Shown piece by piece: positions 10,224 through 24,701 of a DNA stretch of 64,000 nt. The notes under the pieces were generated by a model. That model saw only the letters and a list, made by a program, of their open reading frames with translations. It was not told where the DNA came from and searched no databases. The DNA is from Escherichia coli (lineage in GTDB: Bacteria > Pseudomonadota > Gammaproteobacteria > Enterobacterales > Enterobacteriaceae). The stretch lies in assembly GCF_003334405.1 (NCBI RefSeq), contig NZ_QOWM01000002.1. One strand, written 5' to 3'. The translations under genes and the position numbers were made by a program. The number at the start of each line of letters is the position of its first letter. Positions within the stretch are counted from its first letter, which is position 1.

Positions 10224-11255
10224 TTAGTCGCTGGTTGCATGATGACTTGCCTCCAGCGACGGAGTTGACACTGAATGACGACGTACCAGCGTCGGACTAA
10301 AGACATTAGTGATTTCCGGGAGAGGGCGATTATCCGCCAGCGCCAAAGCCAGTTCGGCAGCCTGGGTCGCCATCGTCACGATTGGGTAACGCACGGTGGT
10401 CAGGCGCGGACGCACATAGCGTGACACCAGCACATCATCAAAGCCAATTAACGAAATCTCACCCGGTACATCAATACCATTATCATTGAGAACGCCCATC
10501 GCACCCGCCGCCATTGAATCGTTATAACAGGCTACCGCAGTGAAATTTCTTCCTCGTCCCAAAAGCTCGGTCATTGCCTGTTCGCCGCCGCTTTCGTCTG
10601 GTTCGCCAAATGTCACCAGCCGGTCATTGGCCGCAATACCACTTTCAGCAAGGGCATCGTAATACCCTTGCAGACGATCTTCGGCGTCAGAAATAGAGTG
10701 GTTAGAGCACAGATAACCAATGCGGGTATGACCTTGCTGAATTAAATGACGCGTTGCCAGCCAGGCACCGTAACGATCGTCCAGAGCAATACAACGGTTT
10801 TCAAAGCCAGGCAGGATACGGTTGATCAGCACCATACCGGGCATTTGTTTCATTAATGAGGCTAAATCAGCATCCGGGATCATTTTGGCATGGACGACCA
10901 ACGCAGCACAGCGATGGCGGATCAGTTGCTCAATGGCCTGACGCTCTTTTTGTTCGTTGTGGTAACCGTTGCCAATCAATAAAAAATTACCGGTGTGATA
11001 AGCCACCTGTTCGACCGCTTTCACCATTGCACCGAAAAACGGATCGGAAACATCACCAACGACCAGACCGACCGTTTCAGTGGTCTGCTGCGCCAGCGCA
11101 CGGGCGTTGGCGTTCGGGTGATAGCTAAGAGACTCCATTGCACTATGCACAGCCAGCCGGGAAGCTTCGCTGGCTTTGGGTGAATTATTAATGACGCGGG
11201 AAACGGTGGCGACTGAAACGCCTGCCAGTCGGGCTACATCCTTTATGGTCGCCAT
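10224..11255 (-). CDS. galR: Galactose operon repressor (LacI family)
   Basis: 343 aa; N-terminal LacI HTH (ATIKDVARLAGVSVATVSRVINN). Confidence 0.94.
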   Translation of the reverse strand: MATIKDVARLAGVSVATVSRVINNSPKASEASRLAVHSAMESLSYHPNANARALAQQTTETVGLVVGDVSDPFFGAMVKAVEQVAYHTGNFLLIGNGYHNEQKERQAIEQLIRHRCAALVVHAKMIPDADLASLMKQMPGMVLINRILPGFENRCIALDDRYGAWLATRHLIQQGHTRIGYLCSNHSISDAEDRLQGYYDALAESGIAANDRLVTFGEPDESGGEQAMTELLGRGRNFTAVACYNDSMAAGAMGVLNDNGIDVPGEISLIGFDDVLVSRYVRPRLTTVRYPIVTMATQAAELALALADNRPLPEITNVFSPTLVRRHSVSTPSLEASHHATSD

Positions 11256-11468
11256 GAAAATACCTTAGTGGGTAAACGCTTACATTCTTTCAGTGTTACG
11301 GAAAACGCCCGTTGGTTCAAGGGGTGGCGTGTTTTCATCGTGGGAATGTGAGCCAAACGCAAATAAGTAAGACAAAAAAAGAGATTGCAAACCTTTGGTT
11401 ACACTTTGCGAAACGCTGTTGCGATTGACCGCTGGTGGCGTTTGGCTTCAGGTTGCTAAAGTGGTGAT

Positions 11469-11550
11469 CCCAGAGGTATTGATAGGTGAAGTCAACTTCG
11501 GGTTGAGCACATGAATTACACCAGCCTGCGCAGATGCGCAGGTTTTTTTT
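11469..11550 (+). ncRNA. omrB: OmrB small RNA (RygB), 82 nt
   Basis: CCCAGAGGTATTGATAGGTGA... ending in hairpin CCTGCGCAGATGCGCAGG + T8; matches OmrB and its position between galR and aas. Confidence 0.9.
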
Positions 11551-11664
11551 GCCGGTCATCAATCTGTAACAGTAACCGACAATTTACACACCTCGTTGCA
11601 TTTCCCTTCATTCCTTTGCGTTTTCTCGCTGGCGAAGAGTCGTCGTGCAGACCACAATCAAGAT

Positions 11665-11752
11665 CCCAGAGGTATTGATTGGTGAGATTATTCGGTACGC
11701 TCTTCGTACCCTGTCTCTTGCACCAACCTGCGCGGATGCGCAGGTTTTTTTT
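11665..11752 (+). ncRNA. omrA: OmrA small RNA (RygA), 88 nt
   Basis: CCCAGAGGTATTGATTGGTGAGATTATTCGG... ending in hairpin CCTGCGCGGATGCGCAGG + T8; shares 5' and 3' ends with OmrB. Confidence 0.9.
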
Positions 11753-11818
11753 CGCACCTAATTTACTGTCGCTCGCGTTCTTTATCTCGTGTAATCTCCC
11801 TCCATTCGCTTTTACTGA

Positions 11819-15185
<3,367 letters not shown>

Positions 15186-15190
15186 TATTT

Positions 15191-15212
15191 AACGCCGGTT
15201 TTAACCGGCGTT
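15191..15212. terminator. Bidirectional hairpin between convergent lplT and tas
   Basis: Palindrome AACGCCGGTT..AACCGGCGTT; no long T-run, so terminator function is inferred. Confidence 0.4.
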
Positions 15213-15216
15213 AATC

Positions 15217-16257
15217 TTATGGTGCCGGATAAGTATAAACCTGATGCACCGCTTCAATTTCAGCTAATACGTCTTCGCTTAACTCCAGATGCAAACTTTC
15301 GATGTTAGTTTTCAGCTGATCCATCGTGGTTGCGCCCAGCAGAGTGCTGGCAACAAACGGTTGACGGCGTACAAACGCGAGCGCCATCTGAGCAGGGTCC
15401 AGGCCATGACGTCTGGCGATATCAACATACGCCGCGACGGCTTTTTGCGTTTGCTCACCGCTATAGCGGGTGAACCGACTAAAGAGCGTATTACGTGCGC
15501 CAGCGGGTTTTGCACCATTGAGATATTTCCCGGTCAGCGTGCCGAAACCCAGGCACGAATAGGCCAGCAGTTCGACCCCTTCATACTGGCTGACTTCTGC
15601 CAGACCTACTTCAAAACTGCGGTTTAACAGACTGTAAGGGTTCTGAATGGTGACAATACGCGGCAGATCGTGTTTGTCCGCCAGATGCAGGTAGCGCATT
15701 ACGCCAAATGCAGTTTCGTTCGACACGCCGATATAACGAATTTTTCCCGCGCGTTGGTACTCTGCCAGTGCGTCCAGCGTATCCAGCAGCGAAACCGCAG
15801 GCGCAGAATCCGTCCAGCTATAACCGAGTTTGCCGAAGCAGTTGGTCGGGCGCTGCGGCCAGTGCACCTGATAAAGATCGAGGTAATCAGTCTGTAGGCG
15901 CTTGAGGCTGTCATGCAGCGCTTCGCGGATATTCTTCCGATCCAGCGCCTGATCCGGGCGGATGCCCTTGTCATTATTGCGCGACGGTCCGCTCACTTTG
16001 GAGGCGATAATTAACTTTTCGCGGCTGCCATGTTTCGCCAGCCAGTTGCCGACGTAGGTTTCGGTTAACCCTTGCGTTTCGGGGCGCGGAGGTACTGGGT
16101 ACATTTCGGCAACGTCGATAAGGTTAATGCCCTGAGCGACGGCATAGTCGAGTTGTGCGTGGGCGTCGGCTTCGCTGTTCTGTTCACCAAACGTCATCGT
16201 GCCAAGCCCCAGCGTGCTGACTTCCAGCGAACTGTGGGGTATACGGTGATATTGCAT
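15217..16257 (-). CDS. tas: NADP(H)-dependent aldo-keto reductase
   Basis: 346 aa; AKR family signature. Confidence 0.92.
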   Translation of the reverse strand: MQYHRIPHSSLEVSTLGLGTMTFGEQNSEADAHAQLDYAVAQGINLIDVAEMYPVPPRPETQGLTETYVGNWLAKHGSREKLIIASKVSGPSRNNDKGIRPDQALDRKNIREALHDSLKRLQTDYLDLYQVHWPQRPTNCFGKLGYSWTDSAPAVSLLDTLDALAEYQRAGKIRYIGVSNETAFGVMRYLHLADKHDLPRIVTIQNPYSLLNRSFEVGLAEVSQYEGVELLAYSCLGFGTLTGKYLNGAKPAGARNTLFSRFTRYSGEQTQKAVAAYVDIARRHGLDPAQMALAFVRRQPFVASTLLGATTMDQLKTNIESLHLELSEDVLAEIEAVHQVYTYPAP

Positions 16258-16364
16258 AGCCGTTTCCTTTTTATAATCACGACATAAGGAATATAAAAAT
16301 GGCAGAGGGAAGGGAAAAGGGAAAGAGAAAAATCTTAAGGCCAGCCGGATGCTGACCTTATTTG

Positions 16365-16583
16365 TTAACGTTCAATAATTTGCGAAACATCATCACGGTT
16401 AATTTGCATCGCGTTACCTTGCTGATCGTGATAACTCACCAGCCCGGTATCATCATCAATTTCAGGTTTTCCATCGGTCAAAATCATACGGCCATCTTTG
16501 GTCGCCATGACGTAATCACTGGAACACCCGGAAACAGCAAACGCCAGTCCGACTGCAGAAATTATTACTGCCCATTTTTTCAT
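16365..16583 (-). CDS. ygdR: DUF903-family lipoprotein
   Basis: 72 aa; signal peptide plus lipobox (VSGC); paralog of YgdI at 44489-44716. Confidence 0.88.
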
Positions 16584-16720
16584 CCGGTTATCCTCATTTG
16601 GCCTACCTATGATAATAGTCTGTTTATAAACCGACGTTATATATCTTGAAAGCAGGAAAATCTTAAACTGTGAGGGTAAAAGGAGTGAGTACGCCCTCCC
16701 GCAGGAGAGCGTACGGAGTA

Positions 16721-17434
16721 TCAGAGCGGATTCTTTTTGTTGCGAATCAAGTTGAGGCTTTCAACCGCAATAGAGAAGAACATCGCGAAGTAGATGTAAC
16801 CTTTCGGTACGTGGATGTCGAAACTTTCCAGAATCAGGGTAAAGCCCACCAGAATCAGGAAAGAGAGCGCCAGCATTTTTACCGAAGGATGGCGTTCGAC
16901 AAAATCACCAATCGAGCGCGCGGCGAACATCATCACGCCTACGGCAATCACCACGGCTGCCATCATAATAAACAGGTGATCTGACAGACCCACAGCCGTA
17001 ATCACCGAGTCGAGGCTAAAGATAATATCCAGCAGCATAATCTGCACGATAGCGCCGAGGAATGATGAAACGCGTGTTTTCAGCCCTTCTTCTTCACCTT
17101 CAATGGATTCGTGGATTTCCTTGCTGGCTTTCCAGATAAGGAACAAGCCACCCAGAAGCAGAATCAAATCACGGGCAGAAATTTCCTGACTGAATATTGT
17201 AAAAAGCGGATTTGTCAGGCGCGTAACCCAGGCGATTGATGCCAGCAGCGCCAGACGCATAACCATGGCTCCCGCCAACCCCAGACGGCGCGCATGAGCA
17301 CGTTGTGCTGTGGGAAGCTTTGCCACCACCAGAGAAAGGAAAATAATATTGTCGATCCCAAGAACGATCTCCAGCAGCGTCAGCGTACCGAGCGCAAGCC
17401 AGGCGTTAGGATCGGTTATCCATGCAAATAACAT
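16721..17434 (-). CDS. ygdQ: TerC-family inner-membrane protein (UPF0053)
   Basis: 237 aa polytopic membrane protein. Confidence 0.9.
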
Positions 17435-17502
17435 CTAAAAAGCCCTGCCAAAAAAATGAAGCGGTAATTATATGCCCGGAAAGCGGCAGGTCAAAGCGAT
17501 GG

Positions 17503-18192
17503 CTACTGGATCAGAAAATGACGGGCCAGTAGTGCACTGGTGAAATTCTTCTTCAAATAAAAGCCGCGTGGCAGCGTCAGAATCCGTTCGCCCCGGGCAC
17601 CAATGGCTTCGGTAAGCGCTTTCGCATTCGCTGCTTTCGGTCGTATCTGTAAATACTCCCCGTGACGAGCGGTAATCCGCTCAACCTGACCGAGAACAAT
17701 CATATCCATTAATTCTTCCCAGTCTTCGCGTAGCTGCCGGTCTTCCTCTTCATTCGGGCTCCACAGCAACGGTGATCCAACGCGACGCTGCGCCAGCGGG
17801 ATGCTGCGCTCGCCTTCAACCGGTATCCACAGTACGCGTTTGAGTTTGTGGCGCACGTGGCTGGTTTCCCAGGTCACCCCGCTATTGCCCGTTAACGGGG
17901 CAACACAAACGAATGTTGTTTCCAGCGGACGACCAAGACTATCCACAGGGATAGTTTTAAGTTCCACGCCCAGAGCAGCAAAATCTTGCTCAGGTTTACT
18001 CCCTGCGCTGGCACCTAGCCAGATCTCCAGTAACACGCCAATCCAGCCTTTATCGCGTTTTAAATTCTCTGGCGTAACCAGCCCGACAAGTGCCGCCAGT
18101 TCTCCCAATGTATAACCAGAAAGTTGCTGTGCTTGCGCTAACAACTGTTCTTCAGTTTCGGGAGGAGAGAGCAGTGGGCGAGGTTGGGACAT
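17503..18192 (-). CDS. mutH: DNA mismatch-repair endonuclease MutH
   Basis: 229 aa; full-length match to MutH. Confidence 0.95.
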   Translation of the reverse strand: MSQPRPLLSPPETEEQLLAQAQQLSGYTLGELAALVGLVTPENLKRDKGWIGVLLEIWLGASAGSKPEQDFAALGVELKTIPVDSLGRPLETTFVCVAPLTGNSGVTWETSHVRHKLKRVLWIPVEGERSIPLAQRRVGSPLLWSPNEEEDRQLREDWEELMDMIVLGQVERITARHGEYLQIRPKAANAKALTEAIGARGERILTLPRGFYLKKNFTSALLARHFLIQ

Positions 18193-18377
18193 GTCATGAT
18201 ACCTTGATTAAAAAACAAACAGCAATTATGTGCCGAATATTCGCAGTGTAACTTTTTCCACATGCGTTGTTCAATTCTCTGATTTATATTGCTTTTTAGG
18301 TTGCCGGTAATCGAGTTGCGCAACACTGCAACGGGTTTTCCAAATCTGGTCACTGAAAATAAACAGGATCTTACACC

Positions 18378-18524
18378 ATGTTATCCACAGAAAGCTGGGA
18401 TAACTGTGAAAAACCTCCACTACTGTTTCCATTTACAGCCTTGACGTGCGACGAAACTCCAGTTTTTAGTGGTTCAGTGCTTAACTTAGTGGCACATTCT
18501 GTGGATAAATACGGCATTGGTTGA
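18378..18524 (+). CDS. ygdT: Small hypothetical ORF (48 aa), possibly ygdT; lies inside the DnaA-box region
   Basis: ATG 18378 to TGA 18522-18524 (MLSTESWDNCEKPPLL...); no convincing RBS; a consensus DnaA box sits at each end, so coding status is doubtful. Confidence 0.3.
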   Translation: MLSTESWDNCEKPPLLFPFTALTCDETPVFSGSVLNLVAHSVDKYGIG

Positions 18525-18751
18525 TCTTTCGCCAACCCGTAAATGAGAGGTGTGACCTGGGTCACGAATTACTCTTTTTCATTACTAAAATTACATGTAA
18601 TGCATTGACTGATAATGAATATTTTAAAATGTCTATATCGGGCTTATTCAGAATGCTCCGGGTTTTCCCGTAGTAATTCCGTAGTTCTTCACAACTCTAT
18701 CCACAGAAAAGGTGAATAAAAACGGCTATCCACCCCTTCCTCTGTTTATAA
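18381..18751. promoter_or_regulatory. DARS2-like DnaA-reactivating region: cluster of DnaA boxes in the mutH-rppH gap
   Basis: Perfect TTATCCACA at 18381-18389 (+) and TGTGGATAA at 18500-18508 (-); CTATCCACA at 18697-18705, CTATCCACC at 18726-18734 and TGTTTATAA at 18743-18751 are near-consensus. DARS2 is reported in the mutH-ygdP(rppH) intergenic region. Confidence 0.6.
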
Positions 18752-18876
18752 CTCTGCACATAACTGTGAGTTATTCAATTGTTATTAGTGTGTAATGCCC
18801 TGCAGAGAGTGGTTTACCGTCTTCCTGGAGTATGAAACAATCATTCGTATATAAAGCTTTATTTTGAGGTAGTCCG

Positions 18877-19407
18877 GTGATTGATGACGATGGCTACCGC
18901 CCAAACGTAGGTATCGTGATTTGTAATCGCCAGGGGCAGGTAATGTGGGCCCGGCGATTTGGTCAGCACTCCTGGCAATTTCCGCAAGGCGGAATCAACC
19001 CCGGAGAATCCGCAGAGCAGGCGATGTACCGTGAATTGTTTGAAGAAGTAGGATTAAGCCGCAAAGACGTTCGAATCCTTGCTTCAACGCGTAACTGGTT
19101 GCGCTACAAATTACCGAAACGTTTGGTGCGTTGGGACACGAAGCCGGTTTGTATCGGCCAAAAACAAAAATGGTTTCTCTTGCAGCTGGTGAGCGGCGAT
19201 GCAGAAATCAATATGCAAACCAGCAGTACACCAGAGTTTGACGGCTGGCGATGGGTAAGTTACTGGTATCCGGTCAGACAGGTGGTGTCATTTAAACGTG
19301 ATGTCTACCGTAGGGTAATGAAAGAGTTCGCGAGTGTGGTGATGTCACTGCAGGAAAATACGCCAAAACCACAAAACGCATCTGCTTATCGACGTAAAAG
19401 AGGTTAA
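18877..19407 (+). CDS. rppH: RNA pyrophosphohydrolase (Nudix)
   Basis: 176 aa, GTG start; Nudix box [23 protein letters not shown]. Confidence 0.94.
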
Positions 19408-19419
19408 GTCACGCCAATT

Positions 19420-21666
19420 ATGCTCACTCGCCTGCGCGAAATAGTCGAAAAGGTAGCCAGCGCACCACGCCTGAATGAGGCGTTAAATATTCTGGTTACC
19501 GACATCTGTCTTGCGATGGATACCGAGGTCTGTTCGGTCTACCTGGCCGATCATGATCGACGTTGTTACTACCTGATGGCGACCCGGGGGCTGAAAAAAC
19601 CACGCGGTCGCACTGTAACGCTCGCGTTTGATGAAGGGATCGTCGGCCTGGTTGGCAGGCTGGCGGAACCGATAAACCTTGCAGATGCGCAAAAGCACCC
19701 CAGCTTCAAATACATCCCCTCCGTAAAAGAAGAACGTTTCCGCGCGTTTTTAGGCGTACCAATTATTCAACGTCGCCAGTTGCTTGGTGTACTGGTGGTA
19801 CAGCAACGAGAGTTGCGCCAGTATGACGAAAGTGAAGAATCCTTCCTGGTGACGCTTGCCACCCAGATGGCAGCTATTCTTTCTCAGTCGCAGTTGACTG
19901 CCTTGTTTGGGCAATATCGCCAGACGCGAATCCGCGCATTACCGGCAGCACCTGGTGTGGCGATTGCCGAAGGCTGGCAGGATGCCACGTTACCTTTAAT
20001 GGAACAGGTGTATCAGGCATCAACGCTGGATCCGGCTCTGGAACGCGAACGACTGACCGGGGCGCTGGAAGAAGCGGCAAACGAGTTTCGCCGCTACAGC
20101 AAACGCTTTGCCGCCGGTGCACAAAAAGAAACGGCGGCTATTTTCGATCTTTACTCGCACCTGCTTTCGGACACCCGGCTGCGTCGCGAATTGTTTGCCG
20201 AGGTTGATAAAGGCTCGGTGGCAGAGTGGGCGGTAAAAACGGTCATTGAAAAATTTGCCGAACAGTTTGCCGCGCTAAGTGATAACTATCTCAAAGAGCG
20301 GGCTGGCGATTTACGTGCGCTGGGTCAGCGATTGCTGTTTCATCTTGATGACGCTAATCAAGGGCCGAACGCCTGGCCGGAACGTTTCATTCTGGTGGCA
20401 GATGAACTGTCAGCGACAACGCTTGCTGAGCTGCCCCAGGATCGCTTAGTCGGTGTTGTCGTGCGAGATGGCGCAGCCAACTCCCATGCTGCGATCATGG
20501 TACGTGCGCTGGGGATCCCTACCGTGATGGGCGCGGATATTCAGCCTTCGGTGCTGCATCGTAGGACGCTGATCGTTGATGGCTATCGCGGTGAATTGCT
20601 GGTCGATCCGGAGCCGGTACTGCTGCAAGAATATCAGCGGCTAATTAGTGAAGAGATTGAGCTTAGCCGTCTGGCGGAAGATGACGTCAATTTACCCGCG
20701 CAGTTAAAAAGCGGTGAGCGTATAAAAGTCATGCTCAATGCTGGTTTAAGCCCGGAACATGAAGAAAAACTGGGCAGCCGTATTGATGGCATCGGTCTTT
20801 ATCGCACTGAAATCCCATTCATGCTGCAAAGTGGTTTCCCGTCGGAAGAAGAACAGGTGGCGCAGTATCAGGGGATGCTGCAAATGTTCAATGATAAACC
20901 CGTCACCTTGCGTACGCTGGATGTCGGAGCAGATAAGCAGCTGCCTTACATGCCGATCAGCGAAGAGAATCCATGCCTGGGTTGGCGTGGGATTCGCATT
21001 ACGCTCGATCAGCCGGAGATCTTCTTGATCCAGGTGCGGGCGATGCTGCGTGCTAATGCCGCTACGGGCAACCTGAATATTCTGTTGCCGATGGTCACAA
21101 GCCTCGATGAAGTTGATGAAGCACGCCGCCTGATTGAACGTGCCGGACGTGAAGTCGAGGAGATGATCGGTTACGAAATTCCCAAACCACGTATCGGCAT
21201 CATGCTGGAAGTGCCGTCAATGGTATTTATGCTGCCGCATCTGGCAAAGCGGGTCGATTTCATCTCTGTTGGCACCAACGATCTGACTCAATACATTCTG
21301 GCCGTTGATCGCAACAATACCCGGGTGGCGAACATTTATGACAGTCTTCATCCTGCAATGTTACGAGCTCTGGCGATGATCGCCCGGGAAGCGGAAATAC
21401 ATGGAATCGATCTCCGTTTGTGCGGTGAAATGGCGGGCGATCCCATGTGCGTGGCAATCCTCATTGGGCTTGGGTATCGCCATCTGTCTATGAACGGACG
21501 TTCTGTAGCGCGGGCAAAATACCTGCTGCGGCGCATTGATTATGCCGAAGCAGAAAATCTTGCGCAGCGTAGTCTGGAAGCGCAACTGGCGACCGAAGTT
21601 CGCCATCAGGTTGCAGCCTTTATGGAGCGTCGCGGCATGGGCGGGCTGATTCGCGGAGGGTTATAG
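19420..21666 (+). CDS. ptsP: PEP-protein phosphotransferase enzyme I-Ntr (GAF domain + enzyme I)
   Basis: 748 aa; N-terminal GAF, C-terminal PEP-utilising enzyme domains; 12 bp after rppH. Confidence 0.94.
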   Translation: MLTRLREIVEKVASAPRLNEALNILVTDICLAMDTEVCSVYLADHDRRCYYLMATRGLKKPRGRTVTLAFDEGIVGLVGRLAEPINLADAQKHPSFKYIPSVKEERFRAFLGVPIIQRRQLLGVLVVQQRELRQYDESEESFLVTLATQMAAILSQSQLTALFGQYRQTRIRALPAAPGVAIAEGWQDATLPLMEQVYQASTLDPALERERLTGALEEAANEFRRYSKRFAAGAQKETAAIFDLYSHLLSDTRLRRELFAEVDKGSVAEWAVKTVIEKFAEQFAALSDNYLKERAGDLRALGQRLLFHLDDANQGPNAWPERFILVADELSATTLAELPQDRLVGVVVRDGAANSHAAIMVRALGIPTVMGADIQPSVLHRRTLIVDGYRGELLVDPEPVLLQEYQRLISEEIELSRLAEDDVNLPAQLKSGERIKVMLNAGLSPEHEEKLGSRIDGIGLYRTEIPFMLQSGFPSEEEQVAQYQGMLQMFNDKPVTLRTLDVGADKQLPYMPISEENPCLGWRGIRITLDQPEIFLIQVRAMLRANAATGNLNILLPMVTSLDEVDEARRLIERAGREVEEMIGYEIPKPRIGIMLEVPSMVFMLPHLAKRVDFISVGTNDLTQYILAVDRNNTRVANIYDSLHPAMLRALAMIAREAEIHGIDLRLCGEMAGDPMCVAILIGLGYRHLSMNGRSVARAKYLLRRIDYAEAENLAQRSLEAQLATEVRHQVAAFMERRGMGGLIRGGL

Positions 21667-21816
21667 CGCGGATCATATACATATCTTTTAACGGTATCCG
21701 GCAACCAGCCAGGTCCCCTTGTGCTATTATTCGCACCTTTGGAGCGCCTGAAACCTGCGGCGCGCATTTCAATCGCTGTTCTCTTTCAGCGAAATAACAA
21801 GAACTTGTGGTGACAG

Positions 21817-22692
21817 ATGACCAGTAGCTATCTGCATTTTCCGGAGTTTGATCCGGTCATTTTCTCAATAGGACCCGTGGCGCTTCACTGGTACGGCCTG
21901 ATGTATCTGGTGGGTTTCATTTTTGCAATGTGGCTGGCAACACGACGGGCGAATCGTCCGGGCAGCGGCTGGACCAAAAATGAAGTTGAAAACTTACTCT
22001 ATGCGGGCTTCCTCGGCGTCTTCCTCGGGGGACGTATTGGTTATGTTCTGTTCTACAATTTCCCGCAGTTTATGGCCGATCCGCTGTATCTGTTCCGTGT
22101 CTGGGACGGCGGCATGTCTTTCCACGGCGGCCTGATTGGCGTTATCGTGGTGATGATTATCTTCGCCCGCCGTACTAAACGTTCCTTCTTCCAGGTCTCT
22201 GATTTTATCGCACCACTCATTCCGTTTGGTCTTGGTGCCGGGCGTCTGGGCAACTTTATTAACGGTGAATTGTGGGGCCGCGTTGACCCGAACTTCCCGT
22301 TTGCCATGCTGTTCCCTGGCTCCCGTACAGAAGATATTTTGCTGCTGCAAACCAACCCGCAGTGGCAATCCATTTTCGACACTTACGGTGTGCTGCCGCG
22401 CCACCCATCACAGCTTTACGAGCTGCTGCTGGAAGGTGTGGTGCTGTTTATTATCCTCAACCTGTATATTCGTAAACCACGCCCAATGGGAGCTGTCTCA
22501 GGTTTGTTCCTGATTGGTTACGGCGCGTTTCGCATCATTGTTGAGTTTTTCCGCCAGCCCGACGCGCAGTTTACCGGTGCCTGGGTGCAGTACATCAGCA
22601 TGGGGCAAATTCTTTCCATCCCGATGATTGTCGCGGGTGTGATCATGATGGTCTGGGCATATCGTCGCAGCCCACAGCAACACGTTTCCTGA
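21817..22692 (+). CDS. lgt: Phosphatidylglycerol-prolipoprotein diacylglyceryl transferase
   Basis: 291 aa polytopic; Lgt signature region. Confidence 0.94.
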
Positions 22693-22698
22693 GGAACC

Positions 22699-23493
22699 AT
22701 GAAACAGTATTTAGAACTGATGCAAAAAGTGCTCGACGAAGGCACACAGAAAAACGACCGTACCGGAACCGGAACGCTTTCCATTTTTGGTCATCAGATG
22801 CGTTTTAACCTGCAAGATGGATTCCCGCTGGTGACAACTAAACGTTGCCACCTGCGTTCCATCATCCATGAACTGCTGTGGTTTCTGCAGGGCGACACTA
22901 ACATTGCTTATCTACACGAAAACAATGTCACCATCTGGGACGAATGGGCCGATGAAAACGGCGACCTCGGGCCAGTGTATGGTAAACAGTGGCGCGCCTG
23001 GCCAACGCCAGATGGTCGTCATATTGACCAGATCACTACGGTACTGAACCAGCTGAAAAACGACCCGGATTCGCGCCGCATTATTGTTTCAGCGTGGAAC
23101 GTAGGCGAACTGGATAAAATGGCGCTGGCACCGTGCCATGCATTCTTCCAGTTCTATGTGGCAGACGGCAAACTCTCTTGCCAGCTTTATCAGCGCTCCT
23201 GTGACGTCTTCCTCGGCCTGCCGTTCAACATTGCCAGCTACGCGTTATTGGTGCATATGATGGCGCAGCAGTGCGATCTGGAAGTGGGTGATTTTGTCTG
23301 GACCGGTGGCGACACGCATCTGTACAGCAACCATATGGATCAAACTCATCTGCAATTAAGCCGCGAACCGCGTCCGCTGCCGAAGTTGATTATCAAACGT
23401 AAACCCGAATCCATCTTCGACTACCGTTTCGAAGACTTTGAGATTGAAGGCTACGATCCGCATCCGGGCATTAAAGCGCCGGTGGCTATCTAA
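22699..23493 (+). CDS. thyA: Thymidylate synthase
   Basis: 264 aa; conserved catalytic-Cys region ([13 protein letters not shown]). Confidence 0.96.
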
Positions 23494-23514
23494 TTACGAA
23501 ACATCCTGCCAGAG

Positions 23515-23541
23515 CCGACGCCAGTGTGCGTCGGTTTTTTT
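23515..23541 (+). terminator. Rho-independent terminator after thyA
   Basis: Stem CCGACGC/GCGTCGG, loop CAGTGT, then a 7-T run. Confidence 0.75.
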
Positions 23542-23676
23542 ACCCTCCGTTAAATTCTTCGAGACGCCTTCCCGAAATTTTGCAACGTCCTGCAACGGCG
23601 TAAATAGTCCGGAAGATGCGCCGAAGAAATAGAAACTGGCCCTCGTCTTTTTTTCTCCTCGCTCCATACTGCCGGC

Positions 23677-24147
23677 ATGAAAACACAACGTGGTTATACG
23701 CTGATTGAAACGCTGGTCGCGATGCTGATTTTGGTCATGCTAAGCGCAAGTGGACTCTATGGCTGGCAATACTGGCAGCAGTCGCAACGGCTATGGCAAA
23801 CCGCCAGCCAGGCGCGGGACTATTTGCTCTATTTACGTGAAGATGCCAACTGGCATAACCGCGACCACAGTATCAGCGTTATCAGGGAGGGGACGTTATG
23901 GTGCCTTGTGAGTTCCGCTGCTGGGGCCAATACCTGTCATGGCAGTTCACCATTGGTCTTTGTGCCACGCTGGCCCGAAGTCGAAATGAGCGACCTGACA
24001 CCTTCGCTTGCTTTCTTTGGCCTGCGCAATACCGCATGGGCCGGGCATATTCGCTTCAAAAACTCAACGGGCGAGTGGTGGCTGGTGGTTTCGCCGTGGG
24101 GAAGACTCCGGCTTTGTCAGCAAGGAGAAACAGAAGGATGCCTGTAA
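23677..24147 (+). CDS. ppdA: Prepilin peptidase-dependent protein A (pseudopilin-like)
   Basis: 156 aa; N-terminal prepilin-type methylation motif ([13 protein letters not shown]). Confidence 0.88.
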
Positions 24148-24701
24148 AAGAGCAAGGTTTTTCTCTGCTGGAAGTGTTGATTGCTATGGCGATCAGTAGC
24201 GTATTGTTGCTGGGGGCGGCACGCTTTCTGCCTGCGTTACAGCGTGAAAGTTTAACGAGCACCCGTAAGCTGGCGCTGGAAGATGAAATCTGGCTGCGGG
24301 TATTTACCGTCGCGAAGCATCTCCAGAGGGCGGGTTATTGTCATGGCATCTGTACCGGCGAAGGGCTGGAAATTGTCGGACAGGGTGACTGTGTCATTGT
24401 GCAGTGGGATGCGAACAGTAACGGTATCTGGGATCGCGAACCGGTAAAAGAGTCCGACCAGATTGGATTTCGTCTGAAGGAGCATGTGCTGGAAACGCTA
24501 CGCGGTGCGACATCCTGTGAAGGTAAGGGCTGGGATAAAGTCACTAATCCGGATGCCATCATTATCGACACTTTTCAGGTCGTACGTCAGGATGTCAGCG
24601 GCTTCTCGCCGGTGTTGACGGTTAATATGCGTGCTGCCAGTAAGTCTGAACCGCAAACCGTGGTGAATGCCAGCTATAGCGTGACAGGATTCAACCTGTG
24701 A
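24138..24701 (+). CDS. ppdB: Prepilin peptidase-dependent protein B
   Basis: 187 aa from ATG 24138 with GGAG RBS (track ORF is extended from 23898); prepilin motif [13 protein letters not shown]; overlaps ppdA. Confidence 0.85.

Noticed and set aside
18138-18565. Minus-strand ORFs of 71 and 64 aa in the mutH-rppH gap
   Set aside because: They overlap the DnaA-box region and the mutH 5' end, with no RBS or conserved features.
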